64,000 nucleotides of DNA from assembly GCA_053919585.1 (NCBI GenBank), contig CM132795.1; one strand, 5' to 3'. This document shows positions 24,755 to 37,700 of the stretch, in pieces. Position 1 is the stretch's first letter, and every line of letters starts with the position of its first letter. Both the position numbers and the translations under genes were made by a program. The notes beneath the pieces are model-generated. The model did no database searches and was not told where the DNA came from. It saw nothing but the letters and a program-made list of their open reading frames with translations. Origin of the DNA: Euprymna scolopes. Lineage: Eukaryota.

Positions 24755-25171
24755 TGTGTGTAAGAATTGAAATTGATTTGAGTTACCAGGAGTGGATCAG
24801 AGGGAATAAGACACTGAACTGCTGTTTGCCGTTACTGAGAAACTGGGTGTCTATTTCCTACTAAGTTAAATAGACATTCTAATCACGTTGGAAATCACGT
24901 TGGAATTCTCGCCACTGAGAGTTAGTATGTATAAAAGGAGTTGTCTCATTACGGGTTAGTGATAAGTTAAGAACCTAGTTACCTTGCTTGCTAGTCGGTT
25001 GGCGTCTCTTAGACTGATTACCTCGTTACTGTTGTTCCGCAAACGTTACCTGTTAATCGTTATCTTTACAAGGAAAGAAAAAACTTCTTGTAAGCAACGT
25101 CACCATTTCGTTGCAAGCCCTTACTGCCTTTTCTTACACCCCCTCTTCTCGTTGGTGAAATAATCCCGACA
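24755..25171 (+). repeat. 3' LTR-like segment of the BEL element
   Basis: Follows a GGGGAA PPT; begins TGTGTGTAAG; TATAAAAG near 24930; tandem AATCACGTTGGA; ends ...CCCGACA. Confidence 0.6.
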
Positions 25172-25331
25172 ATAGTCCTTCTAAAAGAACCGTCAAATGC
25201 TGACAGGTTCTCCTGCTACATCCGTAACGATTATGCAAGAGAGTAGCTGGAGAGGAGAGCTATCTATGTACACATGGACACCCGACATAAACCTGAAGAG
25301 ATGGCAAGCTTCGTTCAAGAAGTAGCAATCG

Positions 25332-25367
<36 letters not shown>

Positions 25368-26702
25368 CATATGCGTCGTGATTTAAGTGGGTGATAGCGA
25401 TATGTATGTCTTTGTATAGCAAACTAATTTGACACAAAATGAAAGTTTGAAATTTTAGAAAAAATGCGTAAATATTTTTCAAATAAAATTATTTGACAAA
25501 AAAGTGCAACCATTCCAGTATTGTTTTCATGTAACTATAAGAATACAGGGTAAAATTGCTAAGAGAAAATCCAATATAATATTGTTCATTGATGCAAAAT
25601 ATATCGGTATCTATCTCCTTGCATTTCTTTTCTTTTGCGAAAAAAAAAAGAAAAACGAACTCTACCTGACATTTGCATTCAGTTCAAATCTTGTTTTGCA
25701 TCAATGATCCGTAAATATTCTGATCATGCAAATATCTACATTTTCTATCCTAATGGACAAACAAGCCACGTATTCTTATTACGATTATTTACGGTTTACC
25801 TTCCTTATTTGTTTCGCACTCGATTATTTGACCTTGGATGTTGAATAAATGCTGTGTTAAGTCATGACAAATTCCTCTCTAGAAAATCTACACGTATTAA
25901 AATTGTACAGTTTGGCTTCAAATATTCTTTCTAAAACCCTTTGTCTGAAACTAGGCTTAATATTCTAATATCGTGAAAAACGCTAATTTTGAATATTGGT
26001 TGATTTTATTTATAAGGCATACATTTTGAAAGCAATTCTCATAGAGACTTAAGGTTTAGACAATGGATCCAATGTTCTAGTTTATATTTTACATCGTGTT
26101 ATTTAATTACAATGAAATGCAAGTTATTTTTAAATAAATTTCAGATGTTTTAAATGTAGATGCGTTTAAAATACTATTTTCGGTGTTTGTTACGAATATA
26201 ATGTCAAGGTTATATGACGGTTTCAAAATACACATGCTTTAATATAAAATTGCAATGATAATTTCCATCGATAACGTGTGATAAACATTCTATTTGTATA
26301 TCATAAAATAGACAAAGTACTTTAGTGTGGATAAGCAGGTAAAGTATTTAAATGTGTGCAATGCATCAGTTTTAGGAGACACGCTTTGAGAACATCATTA
26401 ATTACAAAACGGTATTTACGCCCTTTCATTATTTTTTTTGTTAACACCCGACAACTGGTAACCGAGAACAATAAATAGCAAACAGAAGGAAGTTCGCTTA
26501 TTAGACAATTTTTATGTTCTAGATTTCTTTAATCTCTTTTTGATATATAATAGTGGCTAAGACCTTTCGGCTTTGCATTGTCTCATTAAAGTTAGTATAC
26601 TCGTTCTATCAGATCAGACATTGTAATGATACTGACATTATGACTTAAAATGCGCAAAACATCGACGTTTTAGTTTTGTAGTGCGTCTGTATTTATTGCC
26701 AC

Positions 26703-26946
26703 GCGATTTCCACAAAGTTACTCGGGTGTGCCAATAGAGGACGAGTAGAACCGGAAATGGCCGGGTGAGCCTTGTTACAGAAAACAATTGTTACAACCCC
26801 CTATAACCCGTTAAAAATAGCCATGAACACTGCAATTCATCAAGTAATACAGTGGAAAAATGTCTCTATATCCAGAAAATTACTTGACTGTCTCCGGTTC
26901 TTCCCGTCATTTTCTGGGCACATCCAAGTAACGTCGTGGAAATCGC
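26703..26946. mobile_element. Old MITE with ~50-bp imperfect TIRs
   Basis: GCGATTTCCACAAAGTTACTCGGGTGTGCC versus GGCACATCCAAGTAACGTCGTGGAAATCGC. Confidence 0.6.
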
Positions 26947-26957
26947 AGGTTTATAAA

Positions 26958-27125
26958 TAGCACTAGGACAATAGCATATTCTTGTCATTGTTTTGACTCT
27001 TTAGTGTATATCCGTTGATATCTTATATGCTGATGATGTGGTTTTCGGTCGATTACCTCTCTGCCGGACTATATAATACCAGAGAGTCAAAACAAAGAAA
27101 AGAATATGCTGTTACCATAGCCCTG
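26958..27125. mobile_element. Palindromic MITE (family shared with 55797-55946)
   Basis: AGCATATTCTT..TTGTTTTGACTCT versus AGAGTCAAAACAA..AAGAATATGCT; ends CATAGCCCTG. Confidence 0.65.
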
Positions 27126-27264
27126 TTAATATATGCAGAAGTACCAGTTTTGTCCCTTCCCGTTGTATTAGTCACTAATGTGCAAAAGCAAAAATAATTT
27201 TTAGTGCTTATTTAAAATTGCTTATGCTTTACAAAACGAAATACAGAAAATTCTTTATGCACAC

Positions 27265-27555
27265 TCGTCACGGAACTAAGAATATTCCAAAAATCATGTG
27301 CATTGATCAAGTAGTTTTTTATTTTAAGAAAACGATTTGCAATGTTATGGAGTTTATTACTGAATGTATTCATTATAAGGCTGATTAATACCGCGATATT
27401 TTGAATTGTCCCCCTACAAATAGAAATTTTATCAACAAATTTGGTCGATCAAAATCCTCCGGCTCGCTTAGTTATGGAATTTGATTTTCTTAGTTAAAAA
27501 ACTACGTGATCAAGTAACAGGATTTTTGGAATATTACATTTTCCTTCCGCGACGA
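27265..27555. mobile_element. Old foldback/MITE
   Basis: TCGTCACGGAA..AATATTCCAAAAATC..TGATCAAGTAGTTTTT mirrored by AAAAACTACGTGATCA..GATTTTTGGAATATT..TTCCGCGACGA. Confidence 0.6.
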
Positions 27556-27864
27556 TTCCATGTATCATAAATATATTCATGCATTGTTTTTAAATAGTGC
27601 AAATCATAATTACTGTCCAAGTATAAATAAATGTAAAGAAAAACACCGTGGGTAAATATTAAAACATAGCGAATCTGAAGCCTGTTTTTTTTTTTACGAA
27701 TTTTTGTATTCGGTAATAACTTTAGAATGAGGGATATGACGAAAAACCAACCAAACCAAAAATAGTGCAGCGAAAAAGATTTATTAAAAGAAAAATTGCT
27801 ACATGATGATGATTAGCAATTTAGAAAATTTGGTAGTCATATACTTATCATACCATGGAAATGG

Positions 27865-28030
27865 TGTTATTAAGAACGGCGTGCTGAACATATGGAAGAG
27901 AGGGTGGTTCGTTACTATTTTGTACTTTGTCCCAACGATTTAATAAAAAAAACAGATGTCGTAAAACTTGAATTTAACTTGAACATACTAGGTATGAAAA
28001 AAATAGGGCGGCACAATAAGTGCATACTAT
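27865..28030 (-). mobile_element. Highly diverged Merlin-like MITE copy
   Basis: Residual GAGGGTG, CTATTTTGTACTTT, AACTTGAACATAC and AATAAGTGCAT blocks. Confidence 0.5.
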
Positions 28031-28381
28031 CAGGAATTCCCTTCTAATGTCTTTGATAAAAAATTATGTTGGTCTTTACGAGGTTTCTAGTATCAAGTTA
28101 TTTTGCCTTTATTACGTTCTAAAATGTAAGCTGAAACTTTCTATAATAAATGTTTTAGTTTAAGTTTAATTTCTAGATATGATGGCGGGTGGAATATGAG
28201 CTGTGGCGTGCCTCTTTTCCTCCGCTACACTGTCGGATAGCCTAGCGTAAGGGCGATTACTTATTTAACCCGCCCCCGATCAAGGTACGTGAAGTCACGG
28301 CAGGCAGGTGATAGATAAGCTGTTGAGCAACCTGATGGATTCCCCCCCCGGGAATTGGTCAATTCTTGTATTAGGTAAATG

Positions 28382-28571
28382 GGTGCTTATGCACTTACTG
28401 ATCCGCGCTATTTTTCAAATCGTATTTCCAAGTTTTATGATATGTTTTTTTTAAATTCAATTGTGAGGTTAAAGTGCATAATAGGTACAAAACACCCACC
28501 CTTCTCCATGTTAGGAAGGGTTTTTAAATAATAACGTTATTTCAGCACAAATCAATAAGTGCATAAGTATC
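28382..28571 (+). mobile_element. Merlin-like MITE (subtype A)
   Basis: Full length with a perfect 8-bp TSD GGTAAATG. Confidence 0.9.
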
Positions 28572-29632
28572 GGTAAATGATACTGATTGGAAGACAATGT
28601 AAAGACTACATGCTCTGTGAACACTGCCGCTATAGCAAGTAATTGCAACGTACTATAGATACTATACTGCAAAGAAACTCATGAGGAAAAGTCCAGCTGC
28701 AAAAGGCGGAAATAACAAGTTTCATGTAAGCGCATGATATCGATGCTCTATTTGTGTTGTAATGTTGGAAAATTTAATAGGCGTATTGTTCTGAGAAATT
28801 ACTATATATTTGATTATGAACCCGTTCAACTCAAGCAAATTAGAGAGGGTATTATAGGCGATACACGCACTTCTATATACTATATAGAACTATGATCGTA
28901 AATAATTGACAATTCCAATTCAAGCGGATAAGTTACACGTTTTTCTCTTACTATGTAGTCCGTCTGTTGTAAATTACTCTGCTTCCTACTTTGAAATCAC
29001 TTAATAGATTTACGTCTGAATAGCAGCGGTGTCTATGAAAGCCCTCTTTTCTAAAAGATAGTATAACAGGGTTAATCACGCAGCAAAGTTGACAGTAGAT
29101 ATGTATAAACTCACACGGATAATAAAGCTAGCAGTTTTGTTCAACGATAAAAAATATCTATTTTGCGATTTGCCAACGAAATTTGTGAGACGAACACTGT
29201 GTACATCATTGTGTATTTATGGTTTCGATTTAGCAGAGGCCAGCCTATAAAAAGGACGAATCTATTGCAACAATATATATAAAATATTTAAAAAATGCAT
29301 GTCCTTAGAAATATCGCCGAATAATATATGGTTCCTGGACGGGTTTATATAAGTTATTTCTTAATTTCTTAGATTGTGTATCATAAAACCTCCATATTTC
29401 TCTTTACATCTTTGCTTCTGTCCCATGGATAAAGATATTTTTTTACTTGTGTGATTACCTCTACAAAAATACTGGTAAGGCTAGTTTATGTAAAAAAAAA
29501 TAATTTCCATTAAACATTTCATAACTTCTGGCGTAACATAGTTTTTCAAAAACATTACACATTTTTATTAAAAAAAAATATATATTTTAGTCGTACAACA
29601 AAACCCCGCGATACAGACCATGATGACGAATA

Positions 29633-29900
29633 TAGTATAATCCCGGGATACGGTGACACCATGATACACTTTTTCCAGGTTTCGATGTGGAATACGACTC
29701 TGCTTACGGTATTTGCCTCGCTATACGGGGTTATTTCTAATGTTCTTGGATTATATACATGTGTAATATATACTGCACTGTATTTTGTAACTAATTTTAA
29801 TATGTACTGTATATGTGCTTATGCTCCAACATACGGCGATTTCATCTTGCGATCCAACCCCCCCGGAAGGGATAAATGAAGTATCACGCGCGTTATACTG
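29633..29900. mobile_element. Tc1/mariner-pogo-type MITE related to 1050-1250
   Basis: ta|TAGTATAATCCCGGGATAC...GTATCACGCGCGTTATACTG|ta; internal CAGGTT.CGAT.TGGAATACG is shared with the 1050 copy. Confidence 0.65.
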
Positions 29901-30025
29901 TATTTTTAAGCACATAGTGCAAATTTTAACATTTAACAAGTTGACCGGCTATAAAAAGCGGGGAAGTTAACTGGCTGAGATATGACAGTTTCCATTCATT
30001 TGTAGGGTAAGAGATAAAACCTATA

Positions 30026-30219
30026 GGTGCTAATGCACTTACTGATCCGCGCTATTTTTTTTAAATTGTATTTTCAAGTTTAATTAAAGTTTTTTTTTTA
30101 AATTCAATTATAAGGTTAAAGTACAGAATACGTACAAAACACCCTCCCCTCCCCATGTTAAGAATGGCTTAAATAATAACGTTATTATTTCAGCACGGAT
30201 CAATAAATGCATGAGTATC
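30026..30219 (+). mobile_element. Merlin-like MITE (subtype A)
   Basis: Full length; flanks aacctata/aatctata. Confidence 0.9.
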
Positions 30220-30375
30220 AATCTATAAATTGGGTTCGTATAAAAAGAAAAACTTGCCAAATCTTAGCCAGGCATCTCCTACTGAATTAGCACTGCATCA
30301 ATTCAGAGGAAAAGAGAAATCAGGGATGATTGGAAGCAATACATATATATCAGTGGAAAACGCGTAAGCACCTTG

Positions 30376-30570
30376 GGTACTAGTGCAGAGAGTTATCCGG
30401 ACGTAAATAATATTATTTAAAAAGTCATTCTTAACATGTGGAGAGTAGGGTGTTTTGTACCTATTCTTTACTTTAACCTTACAATTGAATAAAAAAACAC
30501 ATGAAATTTTAATTAAACTTAGAAATACGATTTTAAAAAAATATCGCGGATCACTCTCTGCACTAGAACC
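30376..30570 (-). mobile_element. Merlin-like MITE (subtype B TIR)
   Basis: GGTACTAGTGCAGAGAGTTATCC...GGATCACTCTCTGCACTAGAACC; flanks gcaccttg/gcaccgtg. Confidence 0.85.
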
Positions 30571-31199
30571 GCACCGTGTATTCATAAATGGTCACATATT
30601 TTATAATTGACAACCCTTAACGTTGTATTACTAAAATAAGATAACAGTAACCGGTGTATTAACTTGATCATGTCGCATGCAAACAAAGTTTGATATATGT
30701 TCGCTTGTGAATAGAACTGAATTTCTTATGTCATTCTTTCCTTTTTACGTTGCGTTTTTTCGTCCTTTATATCCATGGAAAGCCACGCTCACTTGATGAT
30801 ATGAAATGGGGAGAACTCTTCTGATTTATTATGCATTCTTATAAGAAAACTGTTCCTTTGGGAGTGTGCGGTTTTTCGTTTCTCTGTCGCATCAGTTATT
30901 CAGATTAGTAGAGCCTGACACGAAATAATCCAACAGATTCAAATTTATAATGCAGTTGATCTCATTACAATGTTAATGCAGCTAGGAAACACTGAATATT
31001 TCATTGTCTTGTTCATAGGTCAAAATTAAGACAACATTGTGAGTTTCGCGAAATGAATTTACACATTTGCCCTTTCCATACCCACTCTGGCCCTAACTCT
31101 TTGTACCTGTTTAGTATCCCAACCTCATGTTTAATATTACTTATACATTAGATTAGTTGTTTACAAAACTTGGTATTTAAATTTATATAATTAATTTAT

Positions 31200-31394
31200 G
31201 GTACTCATGCACTTATTGATACGTGCTGAAATAATAACGTTATTATTTATAAAGCCATTCTTTACATGGGGAGGGTGTTTTGTACCTCTTCTGTATTTTA
31301 ACTTTATAATTGAATAAAAAAAGCACCATAAAACTTAAATTAAACTTGGAAATACGATTTAAAAATAGCGCGGATCAGTAAGTGCATTAGCACC
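31200..31394 (-). mobile_element. Merlin-like MITE (subtype A)
   Basis: Full length; flanks taatttat/gaatttat. Confidence 0.9.
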
Positions 31395-31711
31395 GAATTT
31401 ATATTTAAGATATTAATGGTTTGAAGTATAGATGTATTCTGGTAAGGTTGTATGTATTCTCTACAGATATACACGTGTACGAAACGAGTGTGTTATTGAA
31501 TGTGGATCTGTTTTTCGTACATGTATTTACATGTGAGCGCCTGTTTTCCAGATTTTACAAAACAATTTATCTCGTATGTTCAACTAACAACATAAGTTCC
31601 GGAATAACCATCTGTGTCTCTTGCTAGACAAAGGATGCATACCTTTTAGAAAAGGGGCAAAAACTATTATATGGGGTTACAACATTCGGTCAATTAATGA
31701 ACACGTTTGCC

Positions 31712-31928
31712 TTCTTTTTTTTAACCAGTGATCACCACTTATCAAGGCCCGGAAGCCACTCAGGGATAAGGGTTATTGCAAGTACATTACGTTAGTGTGG
31801 AGATTTGATGAAGTATTTACTTAAGGGGGCGGTTCATTAGGAATTTGTCAACGTTGTACTTGAAGACATCCAAGTTGTAGTCCGGTGGGAAGCAGGCAGA
31901 CGGAACAGTTCCACAGGCGTGCAGTTCT
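31712..31928 (-). mobile_element. CR1-like LINE 3' end (short 5'-truncated copy)
   Basis: Near-identical to 1747-1953. Confidence 0.85.
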
Positions 31929-33915
31929 TTGATCTTTTTAGAAGGAAAGCTACAACGAACATTTTACTACGAACAGCAGACGCCGGGTTTATTTGGGAAA
32001 CCTTTGTTCAACATGTTATCTTGGAAAAGTTGAATGCTGATACAGTCCTGTCGATCTTGCTCCTGCTAGGTGCCATCCAGTCGGTTTACTTTCTCTCTCG
32101 GCCGCCCGTTACAGACTCAACTCCAACTTTCTAAGGTGCTATGTATCTACGTTAGAAAAATTCTTGTCTGGTCTTTTGTCACATATCTTTGTTCATTAAC
32201 AGCAAACGCTCTAATCCGATATTATGAAACGTCCTAAATATTTTATCGTTTTACATATTTCTGACTTATTTCAACAGTAAATTCTAGTTCTATTTAAAAA
32301 CAATTATTTCGTTAACAAAACACTTTATTTCCATAACATCGTAACTGGTTTAAATGTCGGTCAGTTACATCTTTCCCGGGGACATCATACTTTTCCCGAG
32401 TTATAATATAATATAGACATGAGGATAAACTAACGAAAATTATTGATATATAGTAAAATAAACGCAGATTTATGCGAGATGAAGAGAATCAGAAATGCAT
32501 TATTTTTACGTTGAGTATATTTCTAATAACTAATGTTATATTTGCTAATGATGGCGGGCGTTTAGCGTTGCGGTAATTTGATCACAAAGGTAGTTAACCT
32601 TCTTGCACTCATATTGAAACTTATATTCGCATGGTTGCCGGTGAGAATGTTAATATAACATGGTTTGTCATGGCCGAGGTAATGTTGGTGCCGATGGAGA
32701 ATGTGAAGTTGACGTGGCTAACTTCGTGCTCTATGGATTCAATTATGCCGCGTGGAAATAGGATTTATGATCGGATTCCACACATAAATTAGAAAATATT
32801 GAAAAACTTCTCTTTAGCTATGGACAAAATATAAACGTTTGAGTAATACTATCCATAATTCGATTACACAAAACTTACAGGACTTGTTCATAAAGGGGCC
32901 CGAATATTTCTGGATTATAGAATAAACCCAAAATGGTTTAAGTTATATAAGATTTTTGTTTATCACGAGAAAATTACAAAAATGCAGACGATGCTAATGA
33001 ATGCAAAAGCAAACTGTTTTTAAACGGCGTAGGAACAGAGGTTCTGTCTCTCAAAGCACAAATTACATTATACGAAGACGATAGACTAGGGGCATCTGGA
33101 TTTTACAAGAAATAAAAACTAAAATATATCCTTGTGGTTAAGGTTAAACACAATTTCAACTCTTGAAATTAAAATTTAAACGAAATCTCGTTAAAAGAAA
33201 AAATAATCCATTTATTTATAAATCAGAATATAAAAGTCCTAAACGAGTGAGTAATATAACGTAACCTTATGTACAAACTTTAAATAAAAATTGTTTTTTT
33301 CAATGTCTGTACTGATTAAATGTTCGACATCTCGATTATTTTGCGAACATTCAGGAAAATAGAAGTATTATAAACATAAAATCCGATCTTAAAATATGCA
33401 ATATTATGTCTGCATACGAAATACGAGGTAGATTATTAATTTTGAAAAAAATGAACCTATTAAATTTATATCTGACTATTTCGCATCCAATTAAGGATGA
33501 TGCCTTATATTTTCAAGTTACAAATGATCAAATAAATTTGACTTTTTGCTGTTTGCATTTTAATTCATCCAGTTGAAAACTGAAAATCGATCCTGTTTTA
33601 TTTAACGTGATTTATCTACTGATCCATATAACTAAGCTTTTATCGATTTCTCGGCGACTATTTTCAAAATTCCAATATAAATATATTGATATGAATCGAT
33701 TCATGAAGATGCGATTTTTTGTCTCTCTAAAGACTTACGAGATTGACAGCTGTGCATTATTTTGGAGTTGAACTGCTTCTAGGAACATATATAGTATACA
33801 AGTCACAATATAGTTCGATATAGTTATGTATACGAGTACACACATATTTAGACTTGTGTTTTATTTTATTTGTAAATTGATGCATTCTGTATGAAAATGT
33901 TGATTTAGCAATAAT

Positions 33916-33972
33916 CTGTTACTGAAATAGCTACGGTGTATCACTGTTACTGAAATAGCTACGGTGTATCAC
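33916..33972. repeat. Perfect 28-bp tandem duplication
   Basis: CTGTTACTGAAATAGCTACGGTGTATCA x2. Confidence 0.9.
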
Positions 33973-34119
33973 CACTACTTATTATATTGTGGAGTTTATA
34001 CATACAGTGAGATACGCGAAAGTTGTGGGTTTAGAAGGAACATGATTGCATTACCCTTTCATAGACGACGGTTTTCGTTTTTGTTGTAGACGATTTACTA
34101 GTTGGCCAGATTTGTAAAA

Positions 34120-34810
34120 ATCACAAGAGCGATAAAAGCCTATCATGTCTGAAAGTGACACCACGTTCAACGAGGGATATTGGAGATGCACCGCTGTACA
34201 ACTCCTGCTCTCTACCGATCCAATTTATGAACACAGGGTCATTGCAAGCACCCTCAGAATGCACCGCTGAATTGCCATAGTATAACAGCGACATTAGCAG
34301 GGTGATGACAAAGTTTATTGTCACGGTTTTGGTCTGGATTCAAGTGAGAGCCACATGATACCACTTCACATTTTCGAAATCGGCTTGAAAGTTAACACCT
34401 AAGTAACCAGATGGACTCTGAAAGACCCTTGGTGTGGCACCAGGACTTGGCACCGGCCTACATGTCCAAAGAGACCCTGATTTGGCTACATAAGGAGTGC
34501 TACGACTTTGTACGCTTCTCTCACTACCTCCCATTCCTCTGACTTTAACCCACTGGACTACTTCGTTTGATCGTATGTCCAGAACCTTACCTATTACATC
34601 TCAAAACGCCAAAGCCAGCCTGATTCGCTGAGCTTCCAGCAGCGCTTGTGGAAAATACATGCTCCCAGTTCTGACCATAGTAGTTAGGCTGTGATTGAAG
34701 CTGAAAGTGGCTACATTGAATAGATGTCAGCTCTAATATATAAAGTTACTTGAATATATTTTTTCAATAAGTTTTAAAATAAAGTTGTCATGTTATTTTC
34801 CTTGTGCCGA
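34120..34810 (+). mobile_element. Decayed Tc1/mariner (DD37D/maT-like) transposon remnant
   Basis: HIFEIGLKVNT, WHQDLAPAYMSKETLIWL..ECYDFV.FSH, SSDFNPLDYFV, VIEAESGYIE* across frameshifts. Confidence 0.75.
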
Positions 34811-34811
34811 C

Positions 34812-34888
<77 letters not shown>
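34811..34888. repeat. (TA)n microsatellite
   Basis: Direct reading. Confidence 0.95.
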
Positions 34889-34889
<1 letters not shown>

Positions 34890-34981
34890 CCGTGCATTTA
34901 AGTGGTGAATAATCTTAGCTGATTTAGTAAAACACCAAACTGCGAATGCTGGTCTCATGAGTGCGATCCTAATCCATCTAA

Positions 34982-35027
34982 CCCATGCTGATGACGGTTG
35001 AAAGCTAGAAAAACGCATGTCCCTGGT
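34982..35027 (+). ncRNA. Degenerate minimal type-I hammerhead ribozyme-like motif (Penelope-type)
   Basis: CCATG-CTGATGA-cggttgaaagctag-aAAAAC-GCAT-GTC-CCTGG; stems I and II are imperfect. Confidence 0.35.
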
Positions 35028-36446
35028 TAATACATTTTATGCACGTTATTACATTTAATAGAATAAATAAACATGCCCCCCATTCGCTAACAACACGGAC
35101 TGATTACCTGAGTGTCCAAAGTTCGAATCTCGTTCGTTTCACAAAAATCATGTATATTTAGGATGTTGGATACCTACTCGTGTTTCTTTGCGTAAGTACC
35201 AGATGTTTTTCCAGAAAGAATTCTTACTATAGAGAATATCGTGGGAACCAATGCTAAGAATATGTGTATATACAGAATCTCTTATGGTTTTATTAGCAAT
35301 ATTAAGCAAAAAACCCTGTATTTTGTATTTAACATCGCAATGTCTATCTCGGGTTTGTTTTACATATCGTCCAAATTTTTTGTGTTTTCATTCTTGGACG
35401 GAACGTATTTAATCTTGATTTTATTTTTTAATATTTTATGTGCTGGAACGTTATCAGTGAACACGTGTTTCTTGCTACCAATCATTAGTATGGCTATCCT
35501 TTCATGAAAAGGATCGACCCTATAACTGAACAATCTACCGCTGAGTCATGACGTCTGAATCGTTTTATATAGTTTGCTGTTTTATTACATGCGTGTGCTT
35601 TTTGAATGTCCGATGAATAAATATGAAAATAAACTGGCCCGTGTACTTTGTTACCCCCTGTATTATATAAACGTAATACCAATAATTTCATTTTCTATTC
35701 CCATCTCTTCTGCAATAAAGTACTTTTTGATTGTTTTCTTATCAAGTATAACAAAAAAAAACAACATTCATGTAGATTTATTCATATGTGTCTTCATACA
35801 TCAAGATGAATTTTACATGAATATTTTTAATACGTTGAAGTATCTCAGAACAGATTAAGAAACACTGATATCTACCAAGTAATTTCTTCGAGTATTTGAA
35901 ACTTGTAGACGTATAAATACACGCGGGTGCAGCAAATAAATACAACTTATATAATTATGACATCAGATCATCTTGCGTGCTTGGGCGTTTAAACCGCATA
36001 TCCGGTTTTAGACTTCCGGTTTCAAAAAATTCGTTTACTGACCTATTCCATGGCCGCTCTGTCTTAGTCCGATATCAAGTCACTGTTGCTATTCAAAGCA
36101 CACACAAGGCCAAAAATATTTGTTTATAACTTACGTTAACGTTTTTCCCTTACAAAATGTCATTTAACCATGTTGAGTTAAAAAAAAAACTGATGTATAT
36201 TTAAATATACAATATATGACTTGAATCATATTCATAATCATATTTACAGCTTTTTGCAGCGCTCCCGTAAGTTTCATTATTTCGCCATTATAAATATATT
36301 AAAAAATTCAACGATTAGACCCACCATCTTTCGAAGCTTATTACTACTTTTAAAATGTATTTTAACACCGATTTTATTTCAATAAAACAAGCAAACATCA
36401 AACATTAAAATATAAAGGATTTAATAGAAAAATTTGCAATATTTTT

Positions 36447-36636
36447 GGTACTCATGCACTTATTGATCCGTGCTGAAGTAATAACGGTATTATTTAAAAC
36501 GCCATTCTTCACATGTGGAGGGTGTTTTGTACCTATTCTGTACTTTAACCTTACACTTGAATAAAGAAAAAACTTTAATTAAACTTGGAAATACGATTTA
36601 AAAAAAATAGCGCGAATCATTAAGTGCATTAGCACC
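36447..36636 (-). mobile_element. Merlin-like MITE (subtype A)
   Basis: GGTACTCATGCACTTATTGATCCG...AAGTGCATTAGCACC. Confidence 0.85.
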
Positions 36637-37509
36637 TATTTAACTAGTTTCTACAAAAAAAAATTACAAGAAATTAAACTAATTTTAACTTAGTTCGAAT
36701 TTGAAAATATATATAAACTTGAAAAAAATTACGAACCCATCCAGAAATTATAGTCAATGTGTAGTTCCATTCTTCATTTTCACGAATTCGTAAGTAAATA
36801 TATGTGGGACTAAACGTACGTTCAAATAAATCAATTTTGGGGAGACACGTCAAAAATACCGCCATATACAAACGTGTTAAATCAAAAATAAAGCAGAGTT
36901 GTCTAATTTTGTGGTCTTCCAGAATATGGAGGCCCAGAAGAGTTTTAAAAAATGTTTTTAAAAATGAAATCTACACATTACACCATTCCTGGCACGTATA
37001 GATCACAGTATCTTAAGAAGGATACCATTTCATTCCCAATTGAATTTGTCTATTTTTATGACACTAAAAAATCGGGGCATATTGTCCGAATTTCTTTTTT
37101 TCTTTTAAAAAATTACATTTTTTTTTTAAATTTAAAACATATCTATCTTAGACTGTTTTTTCATTTTGTAGTATGTATTTTTATGGGATTAATGTTCTTT
37201 CTTGGCCTAATTCTTTTCCAAAAACAATGTTTTTGCATTTTGAAAGCAATGTTCGTGAAAGTGCACTGGAAATCAGCCGTAGACTTACTTTTAAGAAGTT
37301 GAATATGGAGAAGTTGAAAATAAAAATACCTTTCGGATTAAACGGTTTTAAGAATAAACACCCCCAACATTCCAATGTTAAGAACGACTTTCGGAATAAG
37401 CACCGTTTGCAGATTGAACAATCAGTGCACATTGATCGCAATATTCTTTTCTAGAAACACTTATTCTATAAGGAATGTCTTTCTTTTGAAATTACTGTTT
37501 TCTTATTCT

Positions 37510-37700
37510 ATGAGTAATCACTTTTTTTCTGGAAGTAATGTTTTCTGTGGGAGTAATGTTTTCTGTGGGAGTAATGTGTTCTCTAGTAGTAAGAACTTTG
37601 CTTTGGTTGGGAGTAATTATTTTTTTTGTGAGAACTGTATTGTTGGCAGAATTACTTTAGAGTAATGACGTTAGAGTAATTTTATTTTTCTGGGAGTAGT
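37510..37700. repeat. Degenerate 18-bp minisatellite (TTTTCTGTGGGAGTAATG)
   Basis: Two perfect units and several decayed ones. Confidence 0.7.

Larger units (their letters stand above)
21411..25171 (+). mobile_element. Internally deleted BEL/Pao LTR-retrotransposon derivative bounded by inverted ~85-bp TGT...ACA ends, 4-bp TSD ATAG
   Basis: atag|TGTTGAGATTATTTCACCAAC... and ...GTTGGTGAAATAATCCCGACA|atag. The interior holds decayed Gag, protease (LDTGSQRTY), integrase C-terminal region, PHD finger, PPT and one LTR-like segment. Confidence 0.8.

Noticed and set aside
24757-25140. Alternative LTR end at TTCTTACAC (inverse of the GTGTAAGAA start)
   Set aside because: It lacks a terminal CA, and both the repeat homology and the ATAG TSD extend to 25171. 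Kept only as a minor alternative.
37510-37700. CRISPR-like array
   Set aside because: Contiguous degenerate minisatellite without unique spacers, in a eukaryotic context.
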